A stretch of 64,000 nt of DNA, taken from the NCBI RefSeq assembly GCF_009914755.1, contig NC_060936.1; one strand, written 5' to 3'. Position 1 is the stretch's first letter, and each line of letters starts with the position of its first letter. A program made the position numbers and the translations under genes. The notes under the pieces are model-generated. The model made no database searches, was not told the origin of the DNA, and saw only the letters and a program-made list of their open reading frames with translations. Positions 14,888 to 30,179 of this stretch are shown here, piece after piece. This DNA is from the human T2T-CHM13v2.0 reference genome, Homo sapiens.

Positions 14888-15371
14888 GTTCAACCAAAAC
14901 TAAAACTATTGAGATAGAAGTAATTTGATAAAGGTTTATTTGAACCCAAATGCGAGTATCAACCCAGGAAGACACCAACAAAATTGGGAGTTCCAGAGTC
15001 TGCTACAAATTGGAAGACTTTTAGAGGAAAGTTTAGAAGGGAAGAGGACTCATGATACTGGAGCTGTCCTTTTCATTGGAGGGTACTATATTGAAGTTAC
15101 AATCATCAGCTACATCTTGTAACATGTATTAATAGATGAAAATAGATAAGCTAAAATGTTTACCTGCAAATTAATCAGGAAAGCTTCATGATTCATAAAC
15201 AAATCAGTGTCCTTTTCAATGTCAGCAGGTCATGCATTAATCAGTATGTCAACAATATGGGGAACTCACAATAAGATTCTTTATTCAGAGATGGGATGTT
15301 TCCATGAATCACAAGACATCTCCAAAGTGGGTTAATTTGAAAGCCTGTCAAATGTGACCTGTAGGTTATCA
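14888..15371 (-). mobile_element. Solo ERV LTR (LTR47-like)
   Basis: Minus strand starts TGATAACCTACAGGTCACATTTG and has AATAAA near its 3' end; about 480 bp; followed by (CA)n at 15370-15425. Family name from recall. Confidence 0.65.
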
Positions 15372-15484
15372 CACACACACACACACACACACACACCACA
15401 CAACACACACACACACACAGACACACTTGCTTGCCAATTGGAAGTATTTCCATGTTTTAACATTCCAGTAGCCCATTTTATGAG

Positions 15485-15740
15485 AACTGCATGATCTGGT
15501 CTTCATTTAGTTTTTTGGCCTGTTTTCTTGCTAACTCTCTCCTACCCTCTGCTTTCCAGCTTCATTAAATGGCTTCTGTTTCCCTCAATGTGCCATGCTG
15601 TTTCATACCTCCCTGCTTTTCTCACACCACTTCCTTTGCCCAGGATAGATTCAGCCTGTGTTTTCTGCCTGGGAAATGTCTCATCATTGCTCAAAAGCTA
15701 CCTCATGCCATTTTCTCAATGAATACTTTCCTGGCTCTCC
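15485..15740 (+). mobile_element. L2 fragment
   Basis: catgatctgg...ttccctcaatgtgccatgct...tttcctggctctcc, typical L2 body. Confidence 0.6.
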
Positions 15741-17859
15741 AACACTGGGATCCTGGTTTATTCTTACTTCTTTCACATTGATAAGCGAGTTTGTAACTCC
15801 TGGAATCATATTCATAAAGCTAGGATCCATTCATTCAAGCAGTTGGACACCGGTAGTATCGTTAGGGTCTCCTGGCTTGTGCCGTGGCAGGGGTGACCAT
15901 ATCAAACGCAGAAAAATTTCTTGCTCCTGGTGTACTTTGAGTGTAATAAATCCCCAGTGAAATATTTGGACAGGAACCTGCACTGCTTTCTAACAAAATG
16001 CAGCTGAATATCTATCTGATACTAAGTCAATAGCAGCCAACACAACTTTCCTCTCTCTCTCTCTATTGAAAGGATGAACAAACACTGTAGCTAAAGAAAA
16101 TATCTAAAAGAGCAGGTAAAACATGAGATGTGTGATACCACTCTGGAAACCCAGAGAGCTTCCTTTTTGCAGGAGAAAGCAAAAGGAAATATTATGGAAT
16201 AGTACTAGTTTTCTGAACAAGATTCAAGCACCTTTGAAACTAGAATCAAGATTTGTAAAGAAAGCAACTTAAAACCAAAAAGTAAGTCCTACAAGATTTG
16301 TGAAATGATGATAATGCCTCTGGTAGCTAATAATTTACTAATTATACTACCAACATTTCTCCATGATGATTTTTATAACACTTCTCTCCCAAGACTTCTT
16401 TCTATTAAACAACAAAATAAATACATTCAACAGCTCTATAATTACAAACAACACTAAATATTTGTTTGGAATTGCACATTAACAACCCCAGATTTGTATT
16501 CATAATAAAATGGAGAGCATGCCAGAGGGGATCCTATATGGAGTTGTGTTTCCCACATGCTAATTACCTGTGGTTGATGATAACTACCAAACAAGTTAGG
16601 CTTCCTTAGATCCACTCACAATAGGACTGCCCCCAGTCCCTGCCCCTTGTCTTTCACATGGTGCAGATGGAATGCTCAGGGCAAGGTCTGGAAGCACAGT
16701 GATGGAAAGAAGCTGAGGCTGGAGAGGCTATTGTGGAAAAGCACTCAAACTTTTATATATTCTTAAGTCACAAATATAAGAGAAAAAAGAGTGAATACAT
16801 TTGTTTCATTATATCTTCAAGGCAATATCACTTATTATTGTATAATTTTCAGTACATTCTTCAGAATAATTTTACGTTTTTCAGGATAAGAAGTTTCACT
16901 GTTTCCCTGAAAATTTTTGCTTGTTATCTTCAGACCAAATACACCCTGTTCAGTTTTCTTTTTATGCTCCTAATTAAGAGTAAAGAATCCCTGTAAGAGT
17001 CTATCTAATTATTTTTATTATCTCTGGCCTGGGTATGAATAGGTGAAGCACCTTGCTATCTTCCCTTTCCAAGAATCTATTCTCGGCATTTGTATTTCTA
17101 TAATACATGGCCCAAAGGAACAGCAGCTCATTTCCACTCTTGTTGGGGTTAATTTTGTGAAATTCATTTTTCTGAAATGATCCTCTGAAAAAGGAGGAGT
17201 TTATGGATATCTAATGTTGAAATGGAAAAATTCAAAATGCGTATTGAAAAGCATTTTAATGACCACTTCTTCTGAGACACATTACCAGCATGGGAAGGAA
17301 TAGTTACTTTCTGCCTCAGAGATCTCCTTCTCAGATGTTTCCTTTTCAGACATCTCAGATGTCTCCACATCTTAAGTGTCACATATAGGCAGAGTAGGTG
17401 TAATATCATATGGGATGATTTCAGGAACCTGAGAAAACCTCATACTTGCTTAGATCTTGCCTCATCAGTTGTTATTATCTCTTTAGTTCTACAATAAGCA
17501 AAATACTTTAAATTGTAACTAATCTGACAGAAGTGGACAAGTTAATATGCAAAAGTAGAAAGGATTTCCCGCAAGATGGCCAAATAAGAACAGCTCTGGT
17601 CTGCAGCTCCCAGCGAGACTGACACAGAAGACAGGTGATTTCTGCATTTCCAAATGAGGTACCTGATTCATCTCATTGGGACTGGTTGGACAGTTGGTGC
17701 ACCCCACAGAGGGTGAGCCAAAGGAGGGCGGGGCATTGCCTCACCCAGGAAGGGCAAGGGGTCGGGGGATTTCCCTTTCTTAGCCAAGGGAAGCCTTGAG
17801 AGACTTTACCAAGTGGAACAGTACGCTCCTGCCCAAATACTGTGCTTTTCCCATGGTCT

Positions 17860-18027
17860 TCACAACTGGCAGAACAGGAGATTCCCTCTGGTGCCTGGCT
17901 CGGTGGGTCCCTCACCCACAGAGCCCAGCAAGCTAAGATCCATTGGCTTGAAATTCCTGCTGCTAGTGCAGCAGTCTGAGATCAACCTGGGGTGCTGGAA
18001 CTTGTCAGGGGGAGGGGCGTCCACCAC
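17860..18027 (-). pseudogene. L1 antisense ORF0 homologue (start ATG replaced by GTG)
   Basis: VVDAPPP...LISDCC..S...SVGEGPTEPG aligns with recalled primate L1 ORF0 MAGAPPP...LISDCCAS...SVGVGPSEPG. Confidence 0.65.
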
Positions 18028-18722
18028 TGCTGAGGCTTGAGTAGGCAGTTTTACGCTCACAGTGTAAACAAAGCTGCTGGGAAGAACGAATTGGGTGGAG
18101 CCCACCACAGCTCAGCAAGGCTGACTGCCTCTCTGGATTCCACCTCTATGGGCAGGGCATATCTGAACAAAAGGCAGCAGCCCCAGTCAGGGACTTGTAG
18201 GTAAAACCCTCATCTCCCTGGGATAGGGCACCTGGGGTAAGGGCAGCTGTGGGCACAGCTTCTGCAGACTTAAACGTCCTTGCCTGACAGCTCTGAAGAG
18301 AGCAATGGTTCACCCAGCATGAAGTTCGAGCTCTGATAACAGACAGACTTCCTCCTCAAGTGGGTCCCTGACCCCCATGTAGCCTGACTGGGAGACACCT
18401 CCCAGTAGGGGCCAACAGACACCTCATGCAGGAGAGCTCTGGCTGGCATCTGGCAGGTGCCCCTCTGGGACAAAGGTTCCAGAGGAAGGATCAGGCACAA
18501 TATTTGCTGTTCTGCAGCCTCTGCTGGTGATACCCAGGCAAACAGGGTCTGGAGTGGACCTCCAGCAAACTCCAACAGACCTGCAGCTGAGGATCCTGAT
18601 TGTTAGAAGGAAAACTAACAAACAGAAAGGAATAGCATCAACATCAACAAAAAAGACATCCACACCAAAACCTCATCGTTAGGTCACCAACAACAAAGAC
18701 CAAAGGTAGATAAACCACAAAG

Positions 18723-19745
18723 GTGGGGAGAAACCAGCACAGAAAGGATGAAAATGCCAAAAACCAGAAAGCCTCTTCTCCTCCAAAGGATCACAACTCC
18801 TTGCCAGCAAGGGAACAAAACTGGATGGAGAATGAGTTTGACAAGTTGACAGAAGTAGGCTTCAGAAGGTGGGTTATAACAAACTTCTCTGAGCTGAAGG
18901 AGCATGTTCTAACCCCTTGCAAGGAAGCTAAAAACATTAAAAAAAAAAAGGTTAGACGAATGGCTAACTAGAATAGTCAGTGTAAAGAAGAAAGTAAATG
19001 ACCTGATGGAGCTGAAAAACACAGCATGAGAACTTTGTGAAGCATACACAAGCTTCAATAGCTGAATAGATCAAGCAGAACAAAGGATATCAGTGAATGA
19101 AGATCAAATTAATGAAATAAAGAGAGAAGACAAGATTAGAGAAAAAAGAGTGAAAAGAAACAAACAAAGCGTCCAAGAAATATGGGACAATGTGAAAAGA
19201 CCAAATCTATGTTTGCTTGGTGTACCTGCAGATGACGGGGAGAATGGAACGAAGTTATAAAACACTCTTCAGGATATTATCCAGGAGAACTTCCCCAACC
19301 TAGCAAGGCAGGCCAACATTCAAATTCAGGAAATACAGAGAACACCACGAAGATATTCTTCGAGAAGAGCAACCCCAAGACACGTAATTGCCAGATTCAC
19401 CAAGGTTGAAATGAAGGAAAAAATGTTAAGGGCAGCCAGAGAGAAGGGTCAGGTTACCCACAAAGGGAAGCCCATCAGACTAACAGCGGATCTCTCAGAA
19501 GAAACCCTACAAGCCAGAAGAGAGTGGGGGCCAATATTCAACATTCTTAAAGAAAAGAATTTTCAACCCAGAATTTCATATCCAGCCAAACTAAGAGCTT
19601 CATAAGTGAAGGAGAAATAAAATCCTTTACAGTCAAGCAAATGCTGAGAGATTTTGTCACCACCAGGCCTGCCTTATAAGAGATCCTGAAGGAAGCACTA
19701 AACATTGAAAGGAACAACTGGTACAAGCCACTTTAAAAATTGTAA
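18723..19745 (+). pseudogene. L1 ORF1p remnant
   Basis: GRNQHRKDEN...WMENEFDKLTEVGFRR and MKEKMLRAAREKGQVTHKGKPIRLTADLS; GTG start, stops and frameshifts. Confidence 0.9.
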
Positions 19746-19985
19746 AGACCATCACCACTATGAAGAAACTGCATCAACTAACAGGCAAAATAACCAGCTA
19801 GCATCATAATGACAGGATCAAATTCACACATAACAATATTAACCTTAAATGTAATGGGCTAAATGCCGCCAATTAAAAGACACAGACTGGCAAATTGAGT
19901 AAAGAGTCAAGACCCATCTGTGTGCTGTATTCAGGAGACCCACCTCATATGCAAAGACACACATAGGCACAAAATAAAGGGATGG

Positions 19986-20288
<303 letters not shown>

Positions 20289-21312
20289 AAAACAAAGGGA
20301 TGGAGGAAGATCTACCAAGCAAATGGAAAGCAAAAAAAAAAAAAAAAAAATCAGGGCTTGCAGTACTAGTCTCTGATAAAACAGACTTAAAACCAACAAA
20401 GATCAAAAGAGACAAAGAAGGCCATTATATAATGGTAAAGGGATCAATTCGACAAGAAGAGCTAACTATCCTAAATATATATGCACCCAATACAGGAGCA
20501 CCCAGATTCATAAAGCAAGTTCTTAGAGACCTACAAAGAGACTTGTACTCCCACACAATAATAGTGGGAGACTTTAACACCCCACTGTCTTTATTAGACA
20601 GATCAATGAGACAGATAATTAACAAGGATATCCAGGACTTGAACTCAGCTCTGGACGAAGTGGACCTAACGGACATCTACAGAACTCTCCACCACAACAA
20701 CAGAATATACACTCTTCTCAGCATCACATTGCACTTATTCTAAAATTGACCACATAATTGGAAGTAAAACACTCCTCAGGAAATGTAAAAGAACAGAAAT
20801 CACAACAAACTGTCTCTCAGACCACAGTGCAATCAAATTAGAACTCAGGATTAAGAAACCCACTCAAAACCGCACACCTGCATGGAAACTGAACAACCTG
20901 CTCCTGAATGACTACTGGGTAAATAACAAAATGAAGGCAGAAATAAAGATGTTCTTTGAAACCAACGAGAACAAAGACACAATGTACCTGAATCTCTGGG
21001 CCACATTTAAAGCAGTGTGTAGAGGGAAATTTATAGCACTAAATGCTCACAAGAGAAAGCAGGAAAGATCTAAAATCGATACCCTAACATCACAATTAAA
21101 AGAACTAAAGAAGCAAGAGCAAACAAATTCGAAAGCTAGCAGAAGACAAGAAATAACTAAGATCGGAACAGAACTGAAGGAGATAGAGACACAAAAACCC
21201 CTTCAAAAAAATCAATGAATCCAGAGCTGGCTTTTTTGAAAAGATCAACAAAATAGACCACTAGCAAGACTAATAAAGAAGAAAAGAGAGAAGAATCAAA
21301 TAGATGCAATAA

Positions 21313-21582
<270 letters not shown>

Positions 21583-21777
21583 TAAAAGAGGAGCTGATAC
21601 CATTCCCTCTGAAACTATTGCAATCAATAGAAAAATAAGGAATCCTCCCTGACTCATTTTATGAGGCCAGCATCATCCTGATACCAAAACCTAGCAGAGA
21701 CACAACAAAAAAAGAGAATTTTAAGCCAATAACCCTGATGATATAGATAAGAAAATCCTGAATGAAAAACTGGCAAA

Positions 21778-22126
<349 letters not shown>

Positions 22127-22401
22127 TCAAGTCGGCTTCATCCATGGGATGCAAGGCTGGTTCAACATACGCAAATCAGTAAACGTAATCCATTGCATAA
22201 ATAGAACCAATAACAAAAACCACATGATTATCTCAATAGATGCAGAAAAGCCCTTCAACGAAATTCAACAGCCCTTTTTGCTAAAAACTCTCAATAAACT
22301 AGGTATTGATGGAATGTATCTCAAAATAATAAGAGCTATTTATGACAAACCCACAGCCAATATCATACTGAATGGGCAAATACTGGAAGCATTCCCTTTG
22401 A

Positions 22402-22805
<404 letters not shown>

Positions 22806-24746
22806 TAAAAGAGGACACAAACAAATGGAAGAACATTCCATTCTCATGGATAGGAAGAATCAATATTGTGAAAATGGCTATAATACCCAAAGTAATTTAT
22901 AGATTCAATGCTATCCCCATTAAGCTACCACTGACTTTCTTCGCAGAATTAGAAAAAAATACTTTAAATTTCATATGGAACCAAAAAAGAGCCTGCATAG
23001 CCAAGACAATCCTAAGCAAAAAGGACAAAGCTGGAAGCATCATGCTACCTGACCTCAAACTATACTATAAGGCTACAGTAACAAAAACAGCACGGTACTG
23101 GTACCAAAAATGATATATAGACCAAAGGAACACAACAGAGGCCTCAGAAATAATGCCACACATCTACAACCATCTGATCTTTGACAAACCTGACAAAAAC
23201 AAGCAATGGGGAAATGATTGCCTATTTAATAAATGGTGTTGGGAAAACTGGCTAGCCATATGCATAAAGCCGAAACTGGATCCCTTTCTTACACCTTATA
23301 CAAAAATTAACTCAAGATGGATTAAAGACTGAAACGTAAGACCTAATACCATAAAAACCCTAGAAGAAAACCTAGGCAATACCATTCAGAACATAGGCAT
23401 GGGCAAAGACTTCATGACTAAAACACCAAAAGCAATAAAGCCAAAATAGATAAATGGGATCTAAATAAACTAAAGAGCTTCTGCACAGCAAAAGAAACTG
23501 TCATCAGAGTGAACAGGCAACCTACAGAATGGGAAAAAATATTTGCAATCTATTCATCTGACAAAGGGCTAATATCCAGAATCTACAAAGACATTTACAA
23601 GAAAAATTTATGAGAAAAAACGAACAACCCCATCGACAAGTGGGCAAAGGATATGAACAGACACTTTTCAAAAGAAGCCATTTATGCAACCAACAGACCT
23701 ATGAAAAAAAGCTCATCATCACTGGTCATTAGAGAAATGCAAATCAAAACCACAATGAGATACCATCTCACACCAGTTAGAACTGCGATCATTAAAAGGT
23801 CAGGAAGATGCTGGAGAGGATGTGCAGAAATAGGAATGCTTTTACACTGTTGGTGGGAGTGTAAATTAGTTCAACCATTGTGGAAGACAGTGTGGCGATT
23901 CCTCAAGGATCTAGAACTAGAAGTACCATTTGACCCAGCAATCTCATTACTGGGTATCTACCCAAAGGATTATAAATCATGCTACTATAAAGACACATGC
24001 ACACATATGTTTATTGTGGCAATATTCACAATAGCAAAGACTTGGAACCAACCCAAATGTCCATCAATAATAGACTGGATAAAGAAAATGTGGCACATAT
24101 ACACCATGGAATACTATGCAGCCATAAAAAAAGATGAGTTCACGTCGTTTGCAGGGACATGGATGAAGCTGGAATCCATCATTCTCAGCAAACTATCACA
24201 AGGACAGAAAACCAAACGCCACATGTTCACACTCATAAGTGGCAGCTGAACAATGAGAACACATGGACACAGGGAGGGGCCTGTCAGGGGGTGGGGGGTG
24301 AGGGGAGGGATAGCATTAGGAAAAATACCTAATATAAATGATGAGTTGATGGTTGCAACAAACCAACATGTCACATATATACCTATGAAACAAAGCTGCA
24401 CATTGTGCACGTGTCCCAGAACTTAAAGTATAATAAAAAAAAAATTCACTCCAAAAAGAGAAGATATAGGATCGTGAAAATAGAGGCCCTAGCAGAAGAA
24501 GCAGGTAGAAGGAATTAATTCATATGTATTCTGTAAGAAAATCCCAGAACGTCAGCCACATAGAGAATCAGCCCAAATTTGGTGAGAATTTGATGATGAT
24601 TGAGACAGGGAAAGAAGAACTTGTGTGAAGAGTCACATATGAGAATTAAATCCTCATTTTCTAGATAACAAATGTCAATAACTCATATGTAAACTTGAAC
24701 AATTATGGAAAAACTGCATAAAGTGTGCTATTATAAAATCTGGGGT

Positions 24747-24829
24747 ATGTCATTTACCTATATAACAAACCTGCACATGTACCCCTGAACCTAAAATAAA
24801 AGTTGAAAATATAAAATAAGTAAAATAAA
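24747..24829 (+). mobile_element. Extremely 5'-truncated older L1PA 3' end
   Basis: tttacctatataacaaacctgcacatgtacccctgaacctaaaataaaagtt plus A-rich tail; degenerate TSD. Confidence 0.8.
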
Positions 24830-27179
24830 ATAAACATGGGGCTAAATACGGAAATAGCTACAAGAGTAGAACATGGTGGTCTCTGTGAGGAAAAATTGTG
24901 AAAGACTTTGGAATGGACTGAAAAAAAAATCATGAGGTGACAACAATAAATGAACCTGCATTGTTCAGAGCATATCCTTCCAGATAATAAAATTCCACAG
25001 GACTCTTGCCTTTCACTGACTTTCAGCTATTTTGCACCTCTGTAGAGAAAGAAGAAATTTCCAGGAAACTAACAATAATGCCAATAATTTCTAATGAGCT
25101 TACATATTTGTCTAGTTTTGTGATTCTCCTTTAAAAATGATTGCCTTAGTAATTAATGAATTAAATAAAATATTTGTTGTATATTCATTTTATATCTGGA
25201 TGAAGGATATGATTTTACCACTTTTGAAAATTATACTTTGTCATCTCTGGGAGTGGCCATTAGATAAGGTTTTTTATTTTTATTACATGCCTGTGCTACT
25301 GTTTGATTTTCCTAACTAAGCAGATATTGTCTTGATAAAAATTGCAATTAAATTTAAAAGATATTTTTAAATTAAACATTAAGAAATGGTGAGAACTGTG
25401 TAAAATGCTTAGCATTCTTAGATGATGATACTTTACATAATAGGCAGAAGGAATTAAATAAACAGAGGATGAGATCGGTAAAAGAATTAAAAAACAACCT
25501 CTGAATAAGACTTTTCTTTCTTCAGCTTCTAGTAAGAAAACTACCTCATTCTTTGTTCCATATTTGTTTCAATGCTTTCTTTCCACTTTAGCTGAGGTTT
25601 TTCTCACTACTCCTACTTACATCACTCATGACCCAGTATCTTCCTTTGGGAACTTCAGACACTGCTTTTTGTTTGTTTGATTTTGTTTTCATTTTTACTA
25701 TTCAGAACTCTCCTCACAATTTATGTCCTTGAACACTGCCAAGCAATTGTCCAGTAAAGGAAACTATGGGTGTGAGCCAAATGAAATGACAATCTTACAC
25801 CACATTGCAGTGTAAAAATACTACCAGGACTGGGTACAAAGTGTATTGTCATTTTGTCAAACACAGAATAAAAGGTATTTAGGGCAAGAACTGTGTCTCC
25901 TCTATTAAGTGTGTATAGCACAGAATATGCCAACAGTACTTGATTAATAATTAATTCCATTCACTGCAAAAGTATCCAGCATGTTTTCAGCTAAAGAAAA
26001 GAAACAAAATAGCAAGGACTTCAGTCTCAAATAAAGAATATATTTTACAAATATCTGACTTTGGACTGCAGTATTTAGCAAATGTTACTAAAAAAGAAGT
26101 CAAGCAGTTTTATCTACGTAAAGCAGTTTGTGCTTTAAAGAGCATTTTTTATAAAAAAAGGAGTTTGCTTATCTGACAAGTTTGCCAAAGTCCTAGTTAA
26201 AAATGTTCATTTCTCATTCACTCCCAGTGACATCAAGAGATCCAAATCTTTTTCTTTTCCTTTCAGGGCTCAGTGGCACTGAGGTCAATACTTTCCATTC
26301 CAGATAAACCAGAGAAAGAGGATTAAGTGAGACCATTCTCCACACTGAAGCTTTGTTTATAAACAAAAAATAAAGAGCCCCAGTGAGAGTATTTTATATG
26401 CAAATGGCTGACCTCAAAGTTTTTCCCTATCGCCTGATTTAGAGTATATCTAACTTCTCTGCCTACTGCACATCAGCAGTACAAAGTAAAGCATCAGTAA
26501 AGGAAGACATTGGAGAAATGGCTATTACTGCATAAAACACTGAAATGAGAAAAAGGGTGGTACATGTTTAAAGTCCACTACAACCTGATAAGAAAAGGAC
26601 AACATTCCTACAGTTCAAATTTTGCTTCTTTTCTTCGTGTACAAAAGACTGACTAGCAACAATAAAAATGCTTTTAAAATTTTCCTCCAAAAAGTGACTT
26701 TTGTATTGTCTGTCTAATTATTCTTTAAGTACTCATGTATCCATGGTGTCTGATGATCTATTTTCTATTATTAATTGGGAATCTTGATATATTTAGTGTT
26801 AATAATACCTAGCTCAGAGGGTTGTTGTGATAATTGAGTTTTAATACATGAAAGAGATTTACACTTGTGTTCTATACATTTTTGCCCTTACAATAATACT
26901 TGTGAATATTGAGCTAAATTCACTACATAGATGATATAATAGATTATAAATGTCATCTTTTACAATTGTTGAGTATATGGGAAGTTGTGCATACATTATT
27001 ATTTAAGTAGGGTTAGGTTTTACTTGACTATGAAAGTTAATTATGAATCTTTTGTTAAAACAAATAATTCCTGCTAAGATTGAAAAAATATCTCAGTAAG
27101 CAGGACAAAGATTAATATAAGGTAGCATACAAGTTGTTATGAAATAACATTAAAACACTAATAGATAATGTTCATGAGA

Positions 27180-27800
27180 TAAATCAGGTTCACAAGAGGA
27201 AACAATAATTTTAAAAGTTTATGTCTTACAATTATATAAATAAATACAACTAAAACAATGAAATAAAATCTGAAACTGCTAAAGCATATTTTAACAATAT
27301 AAGCAAGGTTGGCAAAGGTACAGACAAATTGGTACACATGCATTGCTGTAAGGGAATATAAATGGCCATGACCTTTTAGAAAATAATTTGATAATTTCAC
27401 GAACACTTTTATAACTGCTAAGTTTTAGAAAATATATGCTAGAGAAAATCATCTAAAAGAATTTTTTTAAAAAAACTCCATGAATAAGAGAGAGAGAGGG
27501 AGAGAGAGATGTTATTTTTAATGTTACAGAAAAATGATAGTCACCAGAAATATCAAAGGAAAATTATTAGTTCAATCAATATCTACTTGATCCAAAGTTA
27601 TGTGATATTAAAACAATGACCAAAAAGATCATGACCTCTTAGAATAGTGTTTATTTTATATTATTATTACAGAAACAGATGTGTTACAAAATTGTATCAT
27701 ACTATGATAGGAACTAAAAAAAGATATATCTGTGAGTAGGCAAAAACTAAAATCAGTTCTCCAAGTGAAGTTATTTCATGAAAAGTTGTATTTTTCAAAT
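27180..27800 (+). mobile_element. Ancient L1M 3' relic
   Basis: aaggttggcaaagg...cattgctgtaagggaatataaatgg, typical L1M ORF2 end. Confidence 0.55.
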
Positions 27801-28103
27801 ATCCTGTTATAGTGAATATTTGATATCAAGACTGTTATATTGATACATAATACTGTATTGATCATATACTGTATCTATCAATACACTATTGATATATTTA
27901 ATATCAATACAGTATTGTTATATCGATATTACTTTTAATTTTTATAACAAAATAGTAATAAACTTGTAAAGTAGGTAAACCCTTCACAAGTAAGGTATTT
28001 CATACATTTGGATTTTTGGTTAGGTGTTCTCAAAGGGAGAACACAGAATGAGGCTCGACTCCAATAAGCAATTTTTTTATTTTTGCTTATAGTTATATGC
28101 CAT

Positions 28104-28803
28104 TATTTTTAAGTTCTGGGGGACAAGTGTGGGATGTGCAGGTTTGTTACATAGGTAAACGTGTGCCATGATGGTTTACTGCACCTATCAACCCATCACT
28201 TAGGTATTAAGCCCAGCATGCATTAGCTCTTTTCCCTAATGCTCTCTCCCCTCCCTGCCCTCCTCCAACAGACCCCAGTGAGGGATGTTCCCCTCCCTGT
28301 GTCCATGTGTTCTCATTGTTCAGCTCCCACTTATGAGTGAGAACATGCAGTGTTTGGTTTCTGTTCCTGCATTAGTTTGCTGAGGATAATGGCTTCCAGC
28401 TTCAACCATGTCCTGGCAAAGGACATGATCTCATTCCTTTTTATGGCTGCATAGTATTCCGTGGTGTATATGTACCACATTTTCTTTATCCAGTCTCTCA
28501 TCGATGGGCATTTGGGTTGATTCCATATCTTTGCTATTGTGATTAGTGCTGCCATGAACATAAGCATGCATGTATCTTTATAATATAATGATTTATATTC
28601 CTTTGGGTATATACCCAGTAATGGGATTATTGGGTCAAATGATATTTCTGGTTCTAAATCTTTGAGGAATTGCCACACTGTCTTCCACAATGGCTGAACT
28701 AATTTACATTCCCATAAACAGTGTAAAAATGTTTCTATCGCTCTGCAACCTTGCCAGCATCTGTTGTTTCTTGACTTTTTAATAATTGCCATTCTGAATG
28801 GCA
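28104..28803 (-). mobile_element. 5'-truncated L1PA8A/L1PA10-type LINE-1
   Basis: ORF2 C-terminus (ORF 28331-28804); 3'UTR taggtattaagcccagcatgcattagct. Confidence 0.9.
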
Positions 28804-28884
28804 ATTAAATGAATATGAATTCACGAATTATAAGGTATGTGTTTATTGAAGTTATTATTCGTATTGATACTGAAATTGTAACAT

Positions 28885-29145
28885 AGTTTGTCAGTAGGCA
28901 TCTGTTGAAGATGGCTCCTAAGTCATTTTGCCATGAGCCTAGTGGGTTTTAACTTCCTTAATTTCTGGTATGACAGTTTCCAGGCTCGTTTTGTATATTT
29001 CTTGCTCTGAACCTAGAATCAGCCATTTAATGAGCCCTGCTCCCTTTTAGTGGTAAATGTGCTATGGAGATAATAATCTAGGCACTACTAGTGTTCTTTG
29101 ATGGGTATAGTTTCTAGTACTTTTCAGTGGACACAACTAAGTTGG
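28885..29145 (-). mobile_element. L1MC4/5-like 3' fragment
   Basis: ttccaggctcgttttgtatatttc...cctagaatcagccatt...ttttcagtggacacaactaag. Confidence 0.65.
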
Positions 29146-29906
29146 GACATGACTTATGTCCCAAGACATAAGAGACTGAAGAGATGTTATTCTCATCTCT
29201 CTTTCTCTCTCTCTCTCATTCTCTATCTCTCTCCTCCTCCAAAAACTAATTTGTGTGAAATTCTACTGGATCTTTATGGACTAGTCATGTTTAAGTGAAA
29301 TGGGCTTTTCTTCTCCTCAAAGGAAAACATGGGCGGGACATCTTTTAAGCCTCGCATTCTAGAGATTTCTCTTTAGTTATTTTAAAGTGTTCAAAAATGT
29401 CCTGGAAGTAACTAAGATATTCTAGCTCTGTCCTCTCCCCTACTTTTAACTGTTTCTTCTCTTTCCTCACCCCCATCTGCCTTAAAGGCAGGCGCACAGG
29501 AATTTCTCCTCAATACAGGGCCTTGGATTAGAAAGGAGAATTCTCATGGTCCAGACAACTCCATCTTCCTCCAAGCTTGCACTCATCCATGAAATATAAC
29601 CTGAAAAAGCCACTTCCCAGTTTTGGATGCTGACCACAAATTGACCCACTGAGCTTTCCTTTGAAAACCTTTCAAATGGGGAGTTTTCTAGTTCTCAGGC
29701 TTTGCATAATGCTTTTGCTTGCCTTCCATTTTTTTTTTTTTTTTTTTTTTTTCTGAATAGTTGCTGATACACTGCAGACCTTGTTGCTGTCAGTGGTTTT
29801 TCTGCATTCACTCATGATTTGGAATTTGTGTGGAAATCTTATCCTCTGGTTTAGTTGCAGATGCTGTCTATGGGTTGTGGTTTTGCTATTCTAGTTGCTA
29901 TATCTC

Positions 29907-29908
<2 letters not shown>

Positions 29909-29949
<41 letters not shown>

Positions 29950-29992
29950 AGGGAGGGTGTCAAGGAAATACACATGCACACACACACACACA
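29909..29992. repeat. (TG)n microsatellite followed by short (CA)n
   Basis: Direct observation; a polyT run also lies at 29729-29752. Confidence 0.9.
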
Positions 29993-30179
29993 TATTGCTG
30001 TAGCTGCCATCTACCCTGACTAATCTTTATAAAATATATGAAACCAATTTTTGTTGGTTTTTAAAATATAAACTTTGTTAATATTTTAATATAATATAAA
30101 TATTATATTTATTTAAATATAAAATATAGTTTTGTTGGTTTTTAAAATATAAAAAACCAAAAAGGCTTTTTATTTTTTC

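Noticed and set aside
24446-24842. 3' transduction behind the full-length L1 ending at the A-rich tract near 24830
   Set aside because: That tract belongs to a separate mini-L1 with its own TSD, and the upstream flank of the large L1 is not repeated after it
30030-30165. Repeated TTTTGTTGGTTTTTAAAATATA in an AT-rich tract (also the 24-bp tandem at about 6340-6390)
   Set aside because: Ordinary low-complexity slippage duplications
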